Shown: positions 53,701 to 64,000 of the stretch, piece by piece | How the letters are laid out: every line of letters starts with the position of its first letter | How positions within the stretch are numbered: position 1 is the stretch's first letter | Assembly (NCBI GenBank): GCA_001938485.1 | Contig: MQRK01167730.1 | Span: forward strand, 4,723-68,722 | Direction of reading: 5' to 3' | Length of the DNA: 64,000 nucleotides | DNA from: Girardia tigrina | Taxonomy: Eukaryota | The notes under the pieces: generated by a model | The model's database searches: none | Told to the model about the DNA's origin: nothing | The model's input: only the letters and a program-made list of their open reading frames with translations | Made by a program: the position numbers and the translations under genes

Positions 53701-55036
53701 TGAACACCGTTCTGGGGAAAATACCTCTATCCAGATATTCATACCAAGAGCAATCATGGAAAGAATGAAGTATTTTTATTATTAATCCATTGCCTATTGA
53801 CAGGAACTTATCGATCACCGAAACAAAAAATGCTTATGCTCCGATATTATCAGCGTTCAGAAGTGGATAGTCAATCACCACAAAGAAAAGATTTCCGAAT
53901 TCTATGCAAAACGTGAAGAAATATCTTTACAAACCGATGAAATCATTATGATTAATGATCAAATACTCATTCCTCCATGATGTCAACAAGAGATGCTAAA
54001 TCATCTGCATAAAAGCCATCTCGAAACAGACAAAATGAAAATGTTGGTGGCCAGAAATCAATCACTATATTGTCAACTTCGCGAGAAACTACAAGAGATG
54101 TGCAGAAAAACCTAGAAATCACAAGAATTGGAAGACATGACCGACAAAAATGTGCCCTATGCAATTAATCCACGCAGATTATTGTGGTCCGTTTTTGGGA
54201 AAATGTTTTGCTTTAGTAATAAAAGACTCATTCAGTTACTTCCCAGAAGTATGCTTAACACTAAATGCTACGGAAGATTTCATAAAACAATCTTTACAGA
54301 AAAATATTTCTAGAGAAGGAATAGCTCAAGTTCTAGTTACTGACAACGGGAAGCATTTTTCTTCTAAAAATCTACAAAAATAGCTGAAAACAATCGGATG
54401 CACTCCGACATATACAACTCCAAGGAGTCCACAATCCAACAGATTAGCGGAAAACTTCGTTACACCCTAAAATTGCCATTATTGCAATAAATCTAACAAA
54501 TTTCGAAGAATTTATTATTTCCATTGATAATATTTTGTAGCAGTATAGAAACGCAGTTCATTCAACGACAAAGAAAAGCCCAAAAATAATATTTAAATGC
54601 AGAATTCTTCGATCTTTCGGAAATATGGATGCAACAGAAGTCATGTTTTACAAAGACAACGAACAAATCCCAAAATATAGTATTATTCTAAATCATATTG
54701 GCAGTCGAATGTTTAACAATATGGATCGAGAAGACGGAAGCCTACATCATAGATATTTAGATCAAGTACACATTTCAAAATCGCAAGATGAAGCAAAGAA
54801 TTTGAACAATACAGAAACCCAATCAGAATCGACAAATAAAGAAGGCGAAAATTCTGAACAACGAAGAATTCAAAGAGAATGAAAACTTCTAAACTACTTA
54901 AGGGACTTCGAAACGTAAAGAGGAAGGAACTATAACACTAATTATTAAACAAATTAATTCGTTTGTTTAAATATACTATTTGTCATAATAAACAAAAGAT
55001 TTAAATTTGACTTTTGCATTTTGATTTACCATAACA
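50757..55036 (+). mobile_element. Full-length degenerate Ty3/Gypsy (Mag-like) LTR retrotransposon
   Basis: 106-bp LTRs (50757-50815 + 51274-51320; 54931-55036), TSD GATT, PBS TGGCGTCA at 51323, PPT AAAGAGGAAGGAA; gag (CNFEDQLEIQIRDR), PR (FILDTES), RT (ICGDYR), RNase H (YSQTQKEALAI, TDHKAL), IN (HADYCGPF, VTDNGKHF) in PR-RT-RH-IN order; many stops. Confidence 0.96.
50816..51268. mobile_element. Solo LTR nested in the Gypsy 5' LTR
   Basis: TATTAAGAAC...TTCCTCATA with TSD ATAAT (50811-50815 / 51269-51273); removing it restores the match to the 3' LTR. Confidence 0.9.
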
Positions 55037-56028
55037 GATTCTTCATTGAAGAACCATTCCAAAAACAATTGGGAATGTTGAATAAAACATTTGTCATGTT
55101 TTTTGTGATGATGTGACTTATTTTAAAAGTTCTTTGGTGTTTAATTTATGTTTTATTTGTTCCGTTTTGCTTGAAAAATTTTGTAAATTTATATGATTTT
55201 CAAAAGATAATACTTCTTGAAAAATAAATCTTTCAACGAGACAAATTATAATTCAGGATCAACAAAAATTGTATCCAGTGTTCCAAATGAACCCCTCTGG
55301 TGTCAAAATTGCATATTAGTAAATTTGTCCTTTGTTGCATAGAAACTGTATGATACGACACTTTTAGACCCCTTTATTATTCATTAAAATATTCGCCTTG
55401 AGAAGCTAATTAAAAATGAGACTTTGTGTACCAATAGGACCATGCTGTACCTTACAATTAGTATCAAATGCAATATCTTGTTGTTTTTCTAAATTTTTTT
55501 TAATTGCTGCCATTTTTATTTTACAATTGTTGTGAATGCATACAAATTTATTTTACTTTCCTACATTAAGTTTAAATGAATGTACAGTAAAATGTACTTT
55601 TCCAACCAAAGGGATTATTGTTGGACACATTAAAAAATATATTAACAATTATCATAATATTTATCGTAAATAAAAACAAATGTTATCATTTATTTACATT
55701 ACAAAATGTCAAGATAAAATCAATTTTAATATAAATAAAAATTTTAATTGAATTTAAAATTAAATAGATGAAAAATAATCAATAATTAATTCTGAAACTG
55801 CTTGAGTAAAGGAGAATGTTATTTCTAATATTAATTTTAAAAGGAAAGAATATTTTAAAATTTTTCTAAATCAAAGTTTTATATTTTAAATTTTTATGAA
55901 CAAAAATTTCCAAAAAAAATTAAAAAAAATAATTAGTAAAAAGATAATTATTTAATTACAAAATAACTAGTTATTAAATTAATGAAACATATTATACAAG
56001 TATTATTTTTTAATTTTTATATATATAT

Positions 56029-56395
56029 TGTTAAGAACATTGAGGCAATTACTATTAGAACATTTATTAAGATCAAATTTAGAGTCATCAAAACTCTCGG
56101 AAGATCGTTCAAAGTTTGAACTCTAAAATTTGAAATTTTCTAAAGTTACAAAAATATATTATACTTAAAATATTTAAACTTGATTTTAATTGCTAATTTC
56201 AACAATTCGAAATTATAAAATCATTTCGTTATTATTATTTTAATGATGCTCGAATAATTGTAATCATTGTAAATATAAAATAAAATACCAATTTCCATCT
56301 GGGTGGGAGAATCACCATTCTAAATTTGCGATACTCTAATCAACATACAGCATCCATACATTTACACATTCAAACAATTTAAAATATTCCTCACG
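56029..56395. mobile_element. Solo-LTR family copy
   Basis: TGTTAAGAAC...TTCCTCACG, TSD TATAT/TATAA. Confidence 0.8.
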
Positions 56396-57141
56396 TATAA
56401 ATAAATGCGTTTTCGTTTGTTTTCCCAGTACAGATTTTTTGTTTTTTGGATTGATGTTAATTCTTTTATAAAAAACTGATTTTCATGGGGCTGTTAGGAA
56501 ATATTTTCCCATTGAAGGCGGTGTGAATCATTTCAAATTTTAAGAACTACTGATTTAGACCCCCAAAATATTGAATCCTAATCATAATATTTTTTGATTT
56601 TATTATTGTTCTATATTAAAACTATAATAAATATATAAAAAGATCATTGTTCAAGATGGAAATTAAAAATAAAATTTGGAATTGGAATTTAATTCCAATT
56701 CCAATGAATTATATATGTATATTTACAATTAAAAGAAATTAATTAATGGGTTAAAAGGAAAGAAAGCAATTATTAATTAAAATTACTTTTGTTGTAAAAA
56801 AAAGAACGAAAAGGAAAAAAATGTAAAGAAAAATGTAGTTTTGAGTCACATTTGTTTAAATGTTTTATTTTATCGATATAAAATAAAATATCGAATAAAA
56901 GTATTAGAAAGAATATTGATTTTTAATTATAATAATAAATATATTTAATTCGACATAAATTATGTTTGGAGAAAAGCGAACTTTGTCATTTGACTATATT
57001 TTTAATGTGGATTATTTTATAAAGGCATTTAAAGATAATCATGCAAGAATTCCCGATCGGAGATTGCATATCAAAGAAACTGACGACAATTCAACATCTA
57101 CTAAAAATTGTGAAGACATTCATGATCAATGGTATGAATTA

Positions 57142-57429
57142 ATGAGAATATTTCAAAGTTGTGGAAACAGTATTGGAACGACGTTTTGTAAAATAATCAC
57201 CATCGAACACATTGTCAAATCGACCACTGATGTTTACGAAAGTGATAGTGATTTGCAATTACGGAGAATTTACGTTTACTTTACTTCTGGAATTCATGGA
57301 AAGTGTGTGCCTATCAGTGTCATGGTTGAATTGTATAGTACAACTCTCGATTACGTACTGAATTCGAATCTTGGGAAATTGTTTCAACCAGATTATTTCA
57401 TCGGTGGTTCCTCAAGTACTTCTAATAAT
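57142..57429 (+). pseudogene. TUBB: Beta-tubulin N-terminal fragment (~residues 1-100) inside chimeric ORF 56962-57519
   Basis: MRIFQSCGNSIGTTFCKIITIEH...YESDSDLQLRRIYVYF...GKCVPISVMVEL...LGKLFQPDYFIGGSSSTSNN versus QCGNQIG.KFWEVISDEH, YHGDSDLQLERINVYY, KYVPRAVLVDL, GQIFRPDNFVFGQSGAGNN. Confidence 0.93.
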
Positions 57430-57519
57430 GTTGAAAGAGATACGGTCCTCTTGAGGACCACAATTGACGATAGGGAAATTGAATTTTGGATCGCATCCTC
57501 ATGGGCCGGATGCTGGTAA

Positions 57520-58814
57520 TCAACAAAAGTAATTTTAAAGTATTTCCAATTATAATCATATAGAGGTTCCGTAGATTCATTGAATTTGTAATTGTTTTCT
57601 GTGGCGAATAATGTTGATTGTTTTTTGTTATTGTCGAAATTTATTTGGTTGTAGTTTTCAGGTTTGGCTTCTGAATTTATTGAATTTGTTGTAGTTTGTA
57701 CGATTTTGTTTAAAGTTGTATACTATGTTTGCATTGATTGATTACATGTTCTCAAAAGATTTGTCGAGGTTTCACGATCTAAACTTGTTGTATCGTTTGA
57801 TTGTGTGTAGTTACCTACTAATTTTTTGTTAGTGTGTGTTCGGTTTGTAACTGTACATCTTTATTCGCTGATTTCTTACAAAGATCAAACTGATGTTTTG
57901 ATTGTAAAATGTTTTCTTCTGTTTTTGTAGATTTGATTGTAGAGAGGGGTTTTTTTGTATGAGATTCGCGGTCTGTAGATTTTGATAAAGTATTTTCTAA
58001 ATGTAAATATTTGTGATTATTATCGTAGTTTTTTATGTTTTCTAATATTCGAAATGGTTTTGTAAAACTTCTGTTGTATTCTTTTGAATTAGTTGCATTT
58101 GTTTTTGTAAAAATGTAATTGTATGCATTTTTCTTTAATTTTGAATTGTAAAATGTTGGTATTCTAGGTTGATTTCTCATCGTTTCTTTTCTTGATTTGA
58201 ATGAGCACAGATTTACGCAATTGAATGCCTTTTCTTTGAACTTTTTATGATATCAGCATAAAACTCTCAATTGGTTTGTTCGTATTGTGATATTTGTGAC
58301 ATTCTAGTGACTCAATGAAGTACTTTGATTTAATTTCGTAATTTTCTTTTCTTAGTTCTGCAATTTCTATCTTAAGCACTTTGTGTTCCATCTCCATGTT
58401 TTCTAATTTGGTGATCATTTGCTTAAGTAAATCTACATTTGAATTTTTTATTATGCTATTGCCGTCTGGTTTGTTATGTTGAGTTTTTTTCTCGTGTTTG
58501 TACTGTGGTATGTGTGTATTGTTGAAATTGATAGTTAGATTATTTATATTGTTTGAATATTTGTTTGTTTGTGATTTGATTGTATTTGTTATTGTAAAGT
58601 TAAGTTCTTTGTATGAATTAGAGTTTATTTTGTGTGGAGGCATTAAGGTATTTTTGTGAAAGAGAATATAATGTAAGGTCGTAAATGTTGCTTGTGATTT
58701 ATTGTTGTGTGACAGAGATCGTGTGTGGGTACAATTGTAACTTCTGACACCAATTTGTAAAAGCAGCGAATTTTATAATAGTTTAATTAATATATTATAT
58801 TCGCTGCTTTTACA
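57520..58814 (-). mobile_element. 5' end of an LTR (Gypsy-like) element: 59-bp LTR, PBS, broken gag-like ORF
   Basis: Minus strand TGTAAAAGCAGCGAA...TTCGCTGCTTTTACA-AAT-TGGTGTCAGAAGT (tRNA-Leu-type PBS); ORFs 58245-58643 (coiled coil) and 57818-58180. Confidence 0.7.
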
Positions 58815-60065
58815 ATAAAAAAATGAATTAATTATAAAAAAAAGAACAATTAGTAAAATGACAAACTCTTTAATTCAACAAAGAAAATGAATAAACATAC
58901 ATAGAAAATAAATAAACATACATACAACATAAGACTAACGTCCTGAGTGATAAAATATTATCCTCGTTAAGCGATTATTAACAACGTTTACTTTAATTCC
59001 ATTATATTAAATAATAAATCCATAGCGCATTGATTTCTTTAATATATTATCTTTTGATAATAGCACATAAATAAATAAATAAAAATACATATACATCATC
59101 CACAAAGAACAAAAACAATTATGTACAGGGAATATAATAAAAATATAAAAAAATATCGAGAGATATTACAGTCGTTTTAAAAAAGAGCATATGATAGTTT
59201 TGTCAGTTAGTTGACAGTAAAGTGTAATGTTTAAAGAATTAAAATATGGCCGATTGTTACCAAAAAAAATTTTAGCTTTATTTTTTTAAGTAAAATTAAC
59301 ATTTAAACATGAATTTTGATGAACCATTTTCATACGACTGAAATAGTAAGAAATTTGATACAAAATAATTATATTCTTATATCCCGGATATAATCGGCTT
59401 GAACTTGTTTCAAATTGTAGTATATAAAATTATATCCGGAAGTCGAAATCACTGAAGTATGAAAATAACACTAAATTATAAATAGAAATAATAATACAAG
59501 AGGAAATACACTTTGGAATTTCTAAAAACCCTCCACATATTCCTTGATAAAATGTTTACTGAAATTATAATATGGGAACAAAATGAAAAGAAGAAAAGAA
59601 CAACCATATGAAGCAAGGCTAAATATATATTGAGGGGGAATTTTAAGTTTGGTTTTATCAATAAATTAAATGTTGTTGTAAGTTACCATCATTACTTATA
59701 ATAAGTTATAATTTTACTCAATAAATGAATGTCTTGGAAAATATTTAATGAATGAAAAACAGACAAGGAAAATCTTTGATGTTAACCTTACATTTAAACT
59801 TTATAACTTACAACATTTTATTTCATAAAAAGAACATTGTTGATGTACTTTGTACGTAATTACTAAGCTTACAGAAAAATAAGATGTTTTTTTACACAAT
59901 AATCAATAGGGATGAGGAAAGATTCATCACATGAATCTACCTACATTTTTCGGTCCAAAACATGTATCGACCATTACGAAAGTGTTGTTGTCCGCGTTTT
60001 GAGATTCTAATTTAGAGTTGTTAGAACCTTATCAAACCAATAACTCTCTTTTTATATTTTATCTA

Positions 60066-61293
60066 TTGGGTTGTCAAGCATGAAATTTGTAGGCACAATT
60101 ACAATAAATTTATATAGTTATAATATGATAATCACTTAACATTTTTTTGCTCAGTTATTTTTTGTTTGATTGCTACATTGGTTGAATATTAATAATAATT
60201 AATTTATATTATTGGTAACGTATTTTAATAATCAGTACTTTAAAAAATCGAAAATGTAGAAATTCGAACTACTAGGAAGAACGAGTTTCTTCATGGAAGC
60301 TGTGCATCAAAAACTCTGCAAAACATCAAAAACGTATTTGGATGAAATGGTACTACACAGCAGCCAGTTTCAAATTGGTTCAGGAAATTTGTAAGAGATA
60401 TTTTTAACCTCAAGAATAAGTCTCAAGGTCGCCCAGGAATGCAGATAGACAATCACAAAGTGCTCATGACTTATCATTAACGTTTGCTTTTACAAAGCAA
60501 ACAATATTGAATCCCTTGCCTTAAATTGGTAAAGTGATAAAGTTAGATAAGCGGATTCTACATGAGTTGAATAAAAAACAAAAACAAAATGGTTTGGATG
60601 TCTGCTTTATGATGTTTTCTCATTATAAATATGATCATTCTTTGAAATGAATCGTCATTTCTGATAGAAAGTAAATCCAATATGATAATCACAAACGTTC
60701 AGCAAGCTGAGTGGACACGTATGAAACACCAAAACACGGTGCAAAGTACTAAATTCATCAATCAAAGCTGGGGGTGAGTATTTGGTGGTCTTCCGCTGAT
60801 GTAATTCATTATAACTTCCTTAACCTGGTTCATCTATTACAGCAAATGTCTACTACAACAAATTGGAAGACAAGATGCAGAAACTCAAAGACAAATTAAC
60901 GCGTTTTGTAAGCAGGTCGATTCCCATCTTTCTCCATGACAATGCAAAACCATATACTGCACTTACGATAGCGGTAAAACTACATGAACTTGAGTTGGAA
61001 CTTCTGCATCATTCTCTATACTCTTGAGACCTAACCCCAACTGAGTAACATTTTTCCTAAATTTCAACAATTTTAGATTAGAAAAAAATTCGATTCTGAA
61101 GATGCCGTAAAACAGCCTTTTAGGAATTTATAAATTGTAACCCACCAAATGTTTATTCAAATCGCTTCAACAAGCTGCAGTTCAAATGGAAAAAAGTGTG
61201 TCGATATTATGATGAATGACACAGATATTTGTATTGGTAACTTATCAATAAACTTTGTCTTTAGTTCTATTAATTTTATACTTGACGGCCTAA
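60066..61293 (+). mobile_element. Mariner transposon, near full length, highly degenerate
   Basis: TA-flanked TIRs TTGGGTTGTCAAGCATGAAATT / AATTTTATACTTGACGGCCTAA; RILHEL, VSIWWS..DVIHY, FLHDNAKPY, LHHSLYS*DLTPT. Confidence 0.9.
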
Positions 61294-62789
61294 TAATACA
61301 TTTTGATGATTCTTTTAATCAAAAAAATAATAATCCATATTATGATCATTTTATTATGACAAACATTCAATTATTTTTTAAATCAAATTTTCTTAAATTA
61401 ATAATATTAAATTAAAATTATCTAAAAACTGAATGTCTCGAACTGAGGTCGTGAGTCTCATGAGAATGTTTTTGAAACAAAGAAGTCGTAAGGTATTCGA
61501 GAAAAAGAGAAATTAATCGACATTTATTTAAAATATTTGACTAATATATATGAAAAAAATTCTTCATACGGTTTGATATTTTTTATATTTCGCCTATTTT
61601 AAAATAATATCCAATTTAAGTCAATTGAGTCAATGACAATTGGTTAATTACAATTTATTAACGTCAAAGTTCCTTGGAGACTTGGGAAGACAAAATTTAA
61701 AAAAAAAAAAGACAAAAGCCACTCTAACATACTAATCTCGAGTTATTTTAATTATTAAAAATTAAGTTAAAATTTTATTAAAATAATTTTAGTATATTTC
61801 GTTAATTTTCTGTGCTTCATTTTTTTACATGGAACATTTGGAAGTAGAAATAAATAGAATTTTAAATTTAAAAAATAGTTTGAAAAATTATGTATTAGGG
61901 TTCTTATATTTATAATTAGTTTAAGATTTGTTACATACGTTTTTCTATTCGTTTTAATATAAATATCATCTAGAAAATTTTAAATAAAGTCATACACGGT
62001 AGTCCAAAAGTTAGGGATAATGACATGAAAATCCCTCAATATATTCACCAACAAATCTAACAAGCGTTATGATCAAAATGTTTGGTTTGCTTATGAATTT
62101 GTCATTAATATTATGAGGATTTAGTCGAAATTTTTCATTAACCAAAAAAATTAAAGATTTTGTTTAATTTAAAATTTTAACAAAAATTAAATAAATAATT
62201 AAAATAAAATACAAAAAAACTCACAAAAATTAAAAGAATTATTTAAAACCACAAAAAGTTTAGATTAGTTAACACCGATATATTTTAATAGAAAAATGAT
62301 CAATAAAAGTGCTGGGTTCTTGATCGAGATTAGAATTCATTAACACCAAAATTTTATTTCTATAACAATAACAGTTATTTAAACAATTTTTCTTGTGGAA
62401 CTTTTCTTTTGTTTTCTTTTGAACAGATTAATTATACATAAAAAATACTGGATTAAAAATACTGATAAGTTATTTATTAAAAACGTTAATTAAAAATTTA
62501 ATTTATTATTTTTTTGATTACGTTAATTTATATATTAATATTTTATAAAATCTTTAAAATGTATTATAAAAATCTAAATAATTACTGTTTTATTTTAAAT
62601 CATTTTAAACATATATTAGTTAAATTACAACGATTTCTATTATTTAAAATTATTTAGACGATGTTATTTCAATACTAGAAAAATACACATCATATATGAC
62701 GGGAGCAGCTGAATTTTCGACTTTGAAAGTTTCATTTTTAATTTTTCAATTGTAATTATTATACTTTATTATTAATTGTTTTAAATTCT

Positions 62790-63412
62790 GCGGTAATTTA
62801 ACAGTCAGTCAAATAAATCTGCTCCAGGAACCTTTCGGCAAAGGCGCTGTACAGACAGAACCATCTCAAGGCAGACTTTACAGAGCTATCTCCACTTTAC
62901 TGAAATTCCTGCAATATTTCTCATTTTATCAGTAAATATACATGATAAATAAATGTAAATATGTATGATAATAGTAAAATTTGAGTTTGGCCGACAAACC
63001 GTAAATCAGATGATGACGAAATTTTGCAAATTTAACCCAAATTGATTTTTATAAATATAATTCGTAAATAAGTGATACAAATCGTTATTTATCAAATAAA
63101 TTAGTATTTTGTTGATAATTTTATAAAAAGTTTTACGAAAATCCGTGTAAGAATCATCAAAATCGCCATTATTCTAAATCGGTGTTAATTTAACCATTTA
63201 ACGGTTTGTTCGGTTTTCGATCGATTTCATCGGCTTCTGGGCGTCATTCGGCAAAGGCGCTACACCGACAAAATTTTATTGATACGGGCAATCCAGATTG
63301 ACCACGATCTTAAATAGATTCACTCTGGTTCGTCCGCAATTTCACATTGAAAAGCGTAACCGACAAACAAACAAACAAACCAACACATTTTTTATACAAA
63401 TATTATATATAT
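62790..63412. mobile_element. Helitron-like non-autonomous repeat
   Basis: (ACAA)n tract before an AT-rich terminus; internal direct repeat TTCGGCAAAGGCGCT at ~62834 and ~63247. Confidence 0.45.
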
Positions 63413-64000
63413 TATTTATTTAAAACCATTTAACTTAAGTATAATTTTAGATCTTTAAAATATTTGAATGGTACATCTACTTTTAAAATTAAAGTTCCAA
63501 ATATCTTTTATTCTTCGTTAATTGTTTAAAATATTCAATTATAATTATTTTTAATACAATTTCAATTGTAATAAAAAACATTAAAATTTTGATTTTACAA
63601 CTTAATTTTATTTACAAGATTTGTTACTCCGAATTATTTATTTCCCAAAAAGTCTTGTCCAATAAATTAAAAGTTAATTACAATCTTTATTATTAATGTG
63701 AATTATTTATTTTTAAAACATTTATATAAATAAATTATTTGAACTTATTTAATTATAAATATGATATTACTAATTAATTATTTAAAATTTTAAAAGTCAC
63801 CAAAACCCCTAACAAAAAGTTTTTAAATAAGATTTTTAGAATAAATAATAAACGGCGAAAAATTTATAATATTTTTACGAAATGATTTTTAAAAAAAGTT
63901 TATTTACAAATTAAATTTAATAAATTTAGAATTTATAAAGAAAATAAATTTTATAAATAAATTTTACAATTTATGAATTTAAATTTATAAATTAAATTTA

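Noticed and set aside
56078-56115. FRVIKTLGRSF, kinase subdomain I-like peptide
   Set aside because: Lies inside a solo LTR, is closed by a stop, and the same DNA recurs in another LTR copy
63005-63025. CAGATGATGACGAAA resembling a hammerhead core
   Set aside because: Core is CAGAUGA and there is no stem II
1-64000. Prokaryotic systems (CRISPR, operons, defence islands), rRNA/tRNA genes, and a species assignment
   Set aside because: No repeat-spacer arrays or structural RNA genes seen; content is eukaryotic TE and pseudogene DNA; the organism cannot be determined from this window alone

Overview
Very AT-rich eukaryotic (animal-like) genomic DNA with assembly gaps. I see no intact protein-coding gene, rRNA, tRNA or CRISPR array; the window is a transposon and pseudogene graveyard. 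(i) At least four families of Penelope-like element (PLE) 3' fragments, each a GIY-YIG endonuclease tail plus a pseudo-LTR carrying a minimal hammerhead ribozyme. About 12 intact or decayed hammerhead motifs lie in the first 31 kb, and several copies form compact inverted-repeat units (pLTR<- GIY-YIG-> pLTR->). (ii) Seven short, decayed fragments of housekeeping genes (SEC22B, SHPK, NTPCR-like, VPS45, TNPO1, beta-tubulin, a Bub1/Mps1-like kinase) plus one unidentified coding-like patch, several joined directly to PLE or LTR-element ends. (iii) A full-length dead Gypsy element with 106-bp LTRs and a 4-bp TSD, a second Gypsy 5' end with a 59-bp hairpin LTR, and a solo-LTR family with 5-bp TSDs. 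(iv) Mariner/Tc1, hAT, Helitron-like, RTE-like and RLE-type non-LTR remnants. Protein identifications come from my recognition of motifs, not from database searches.
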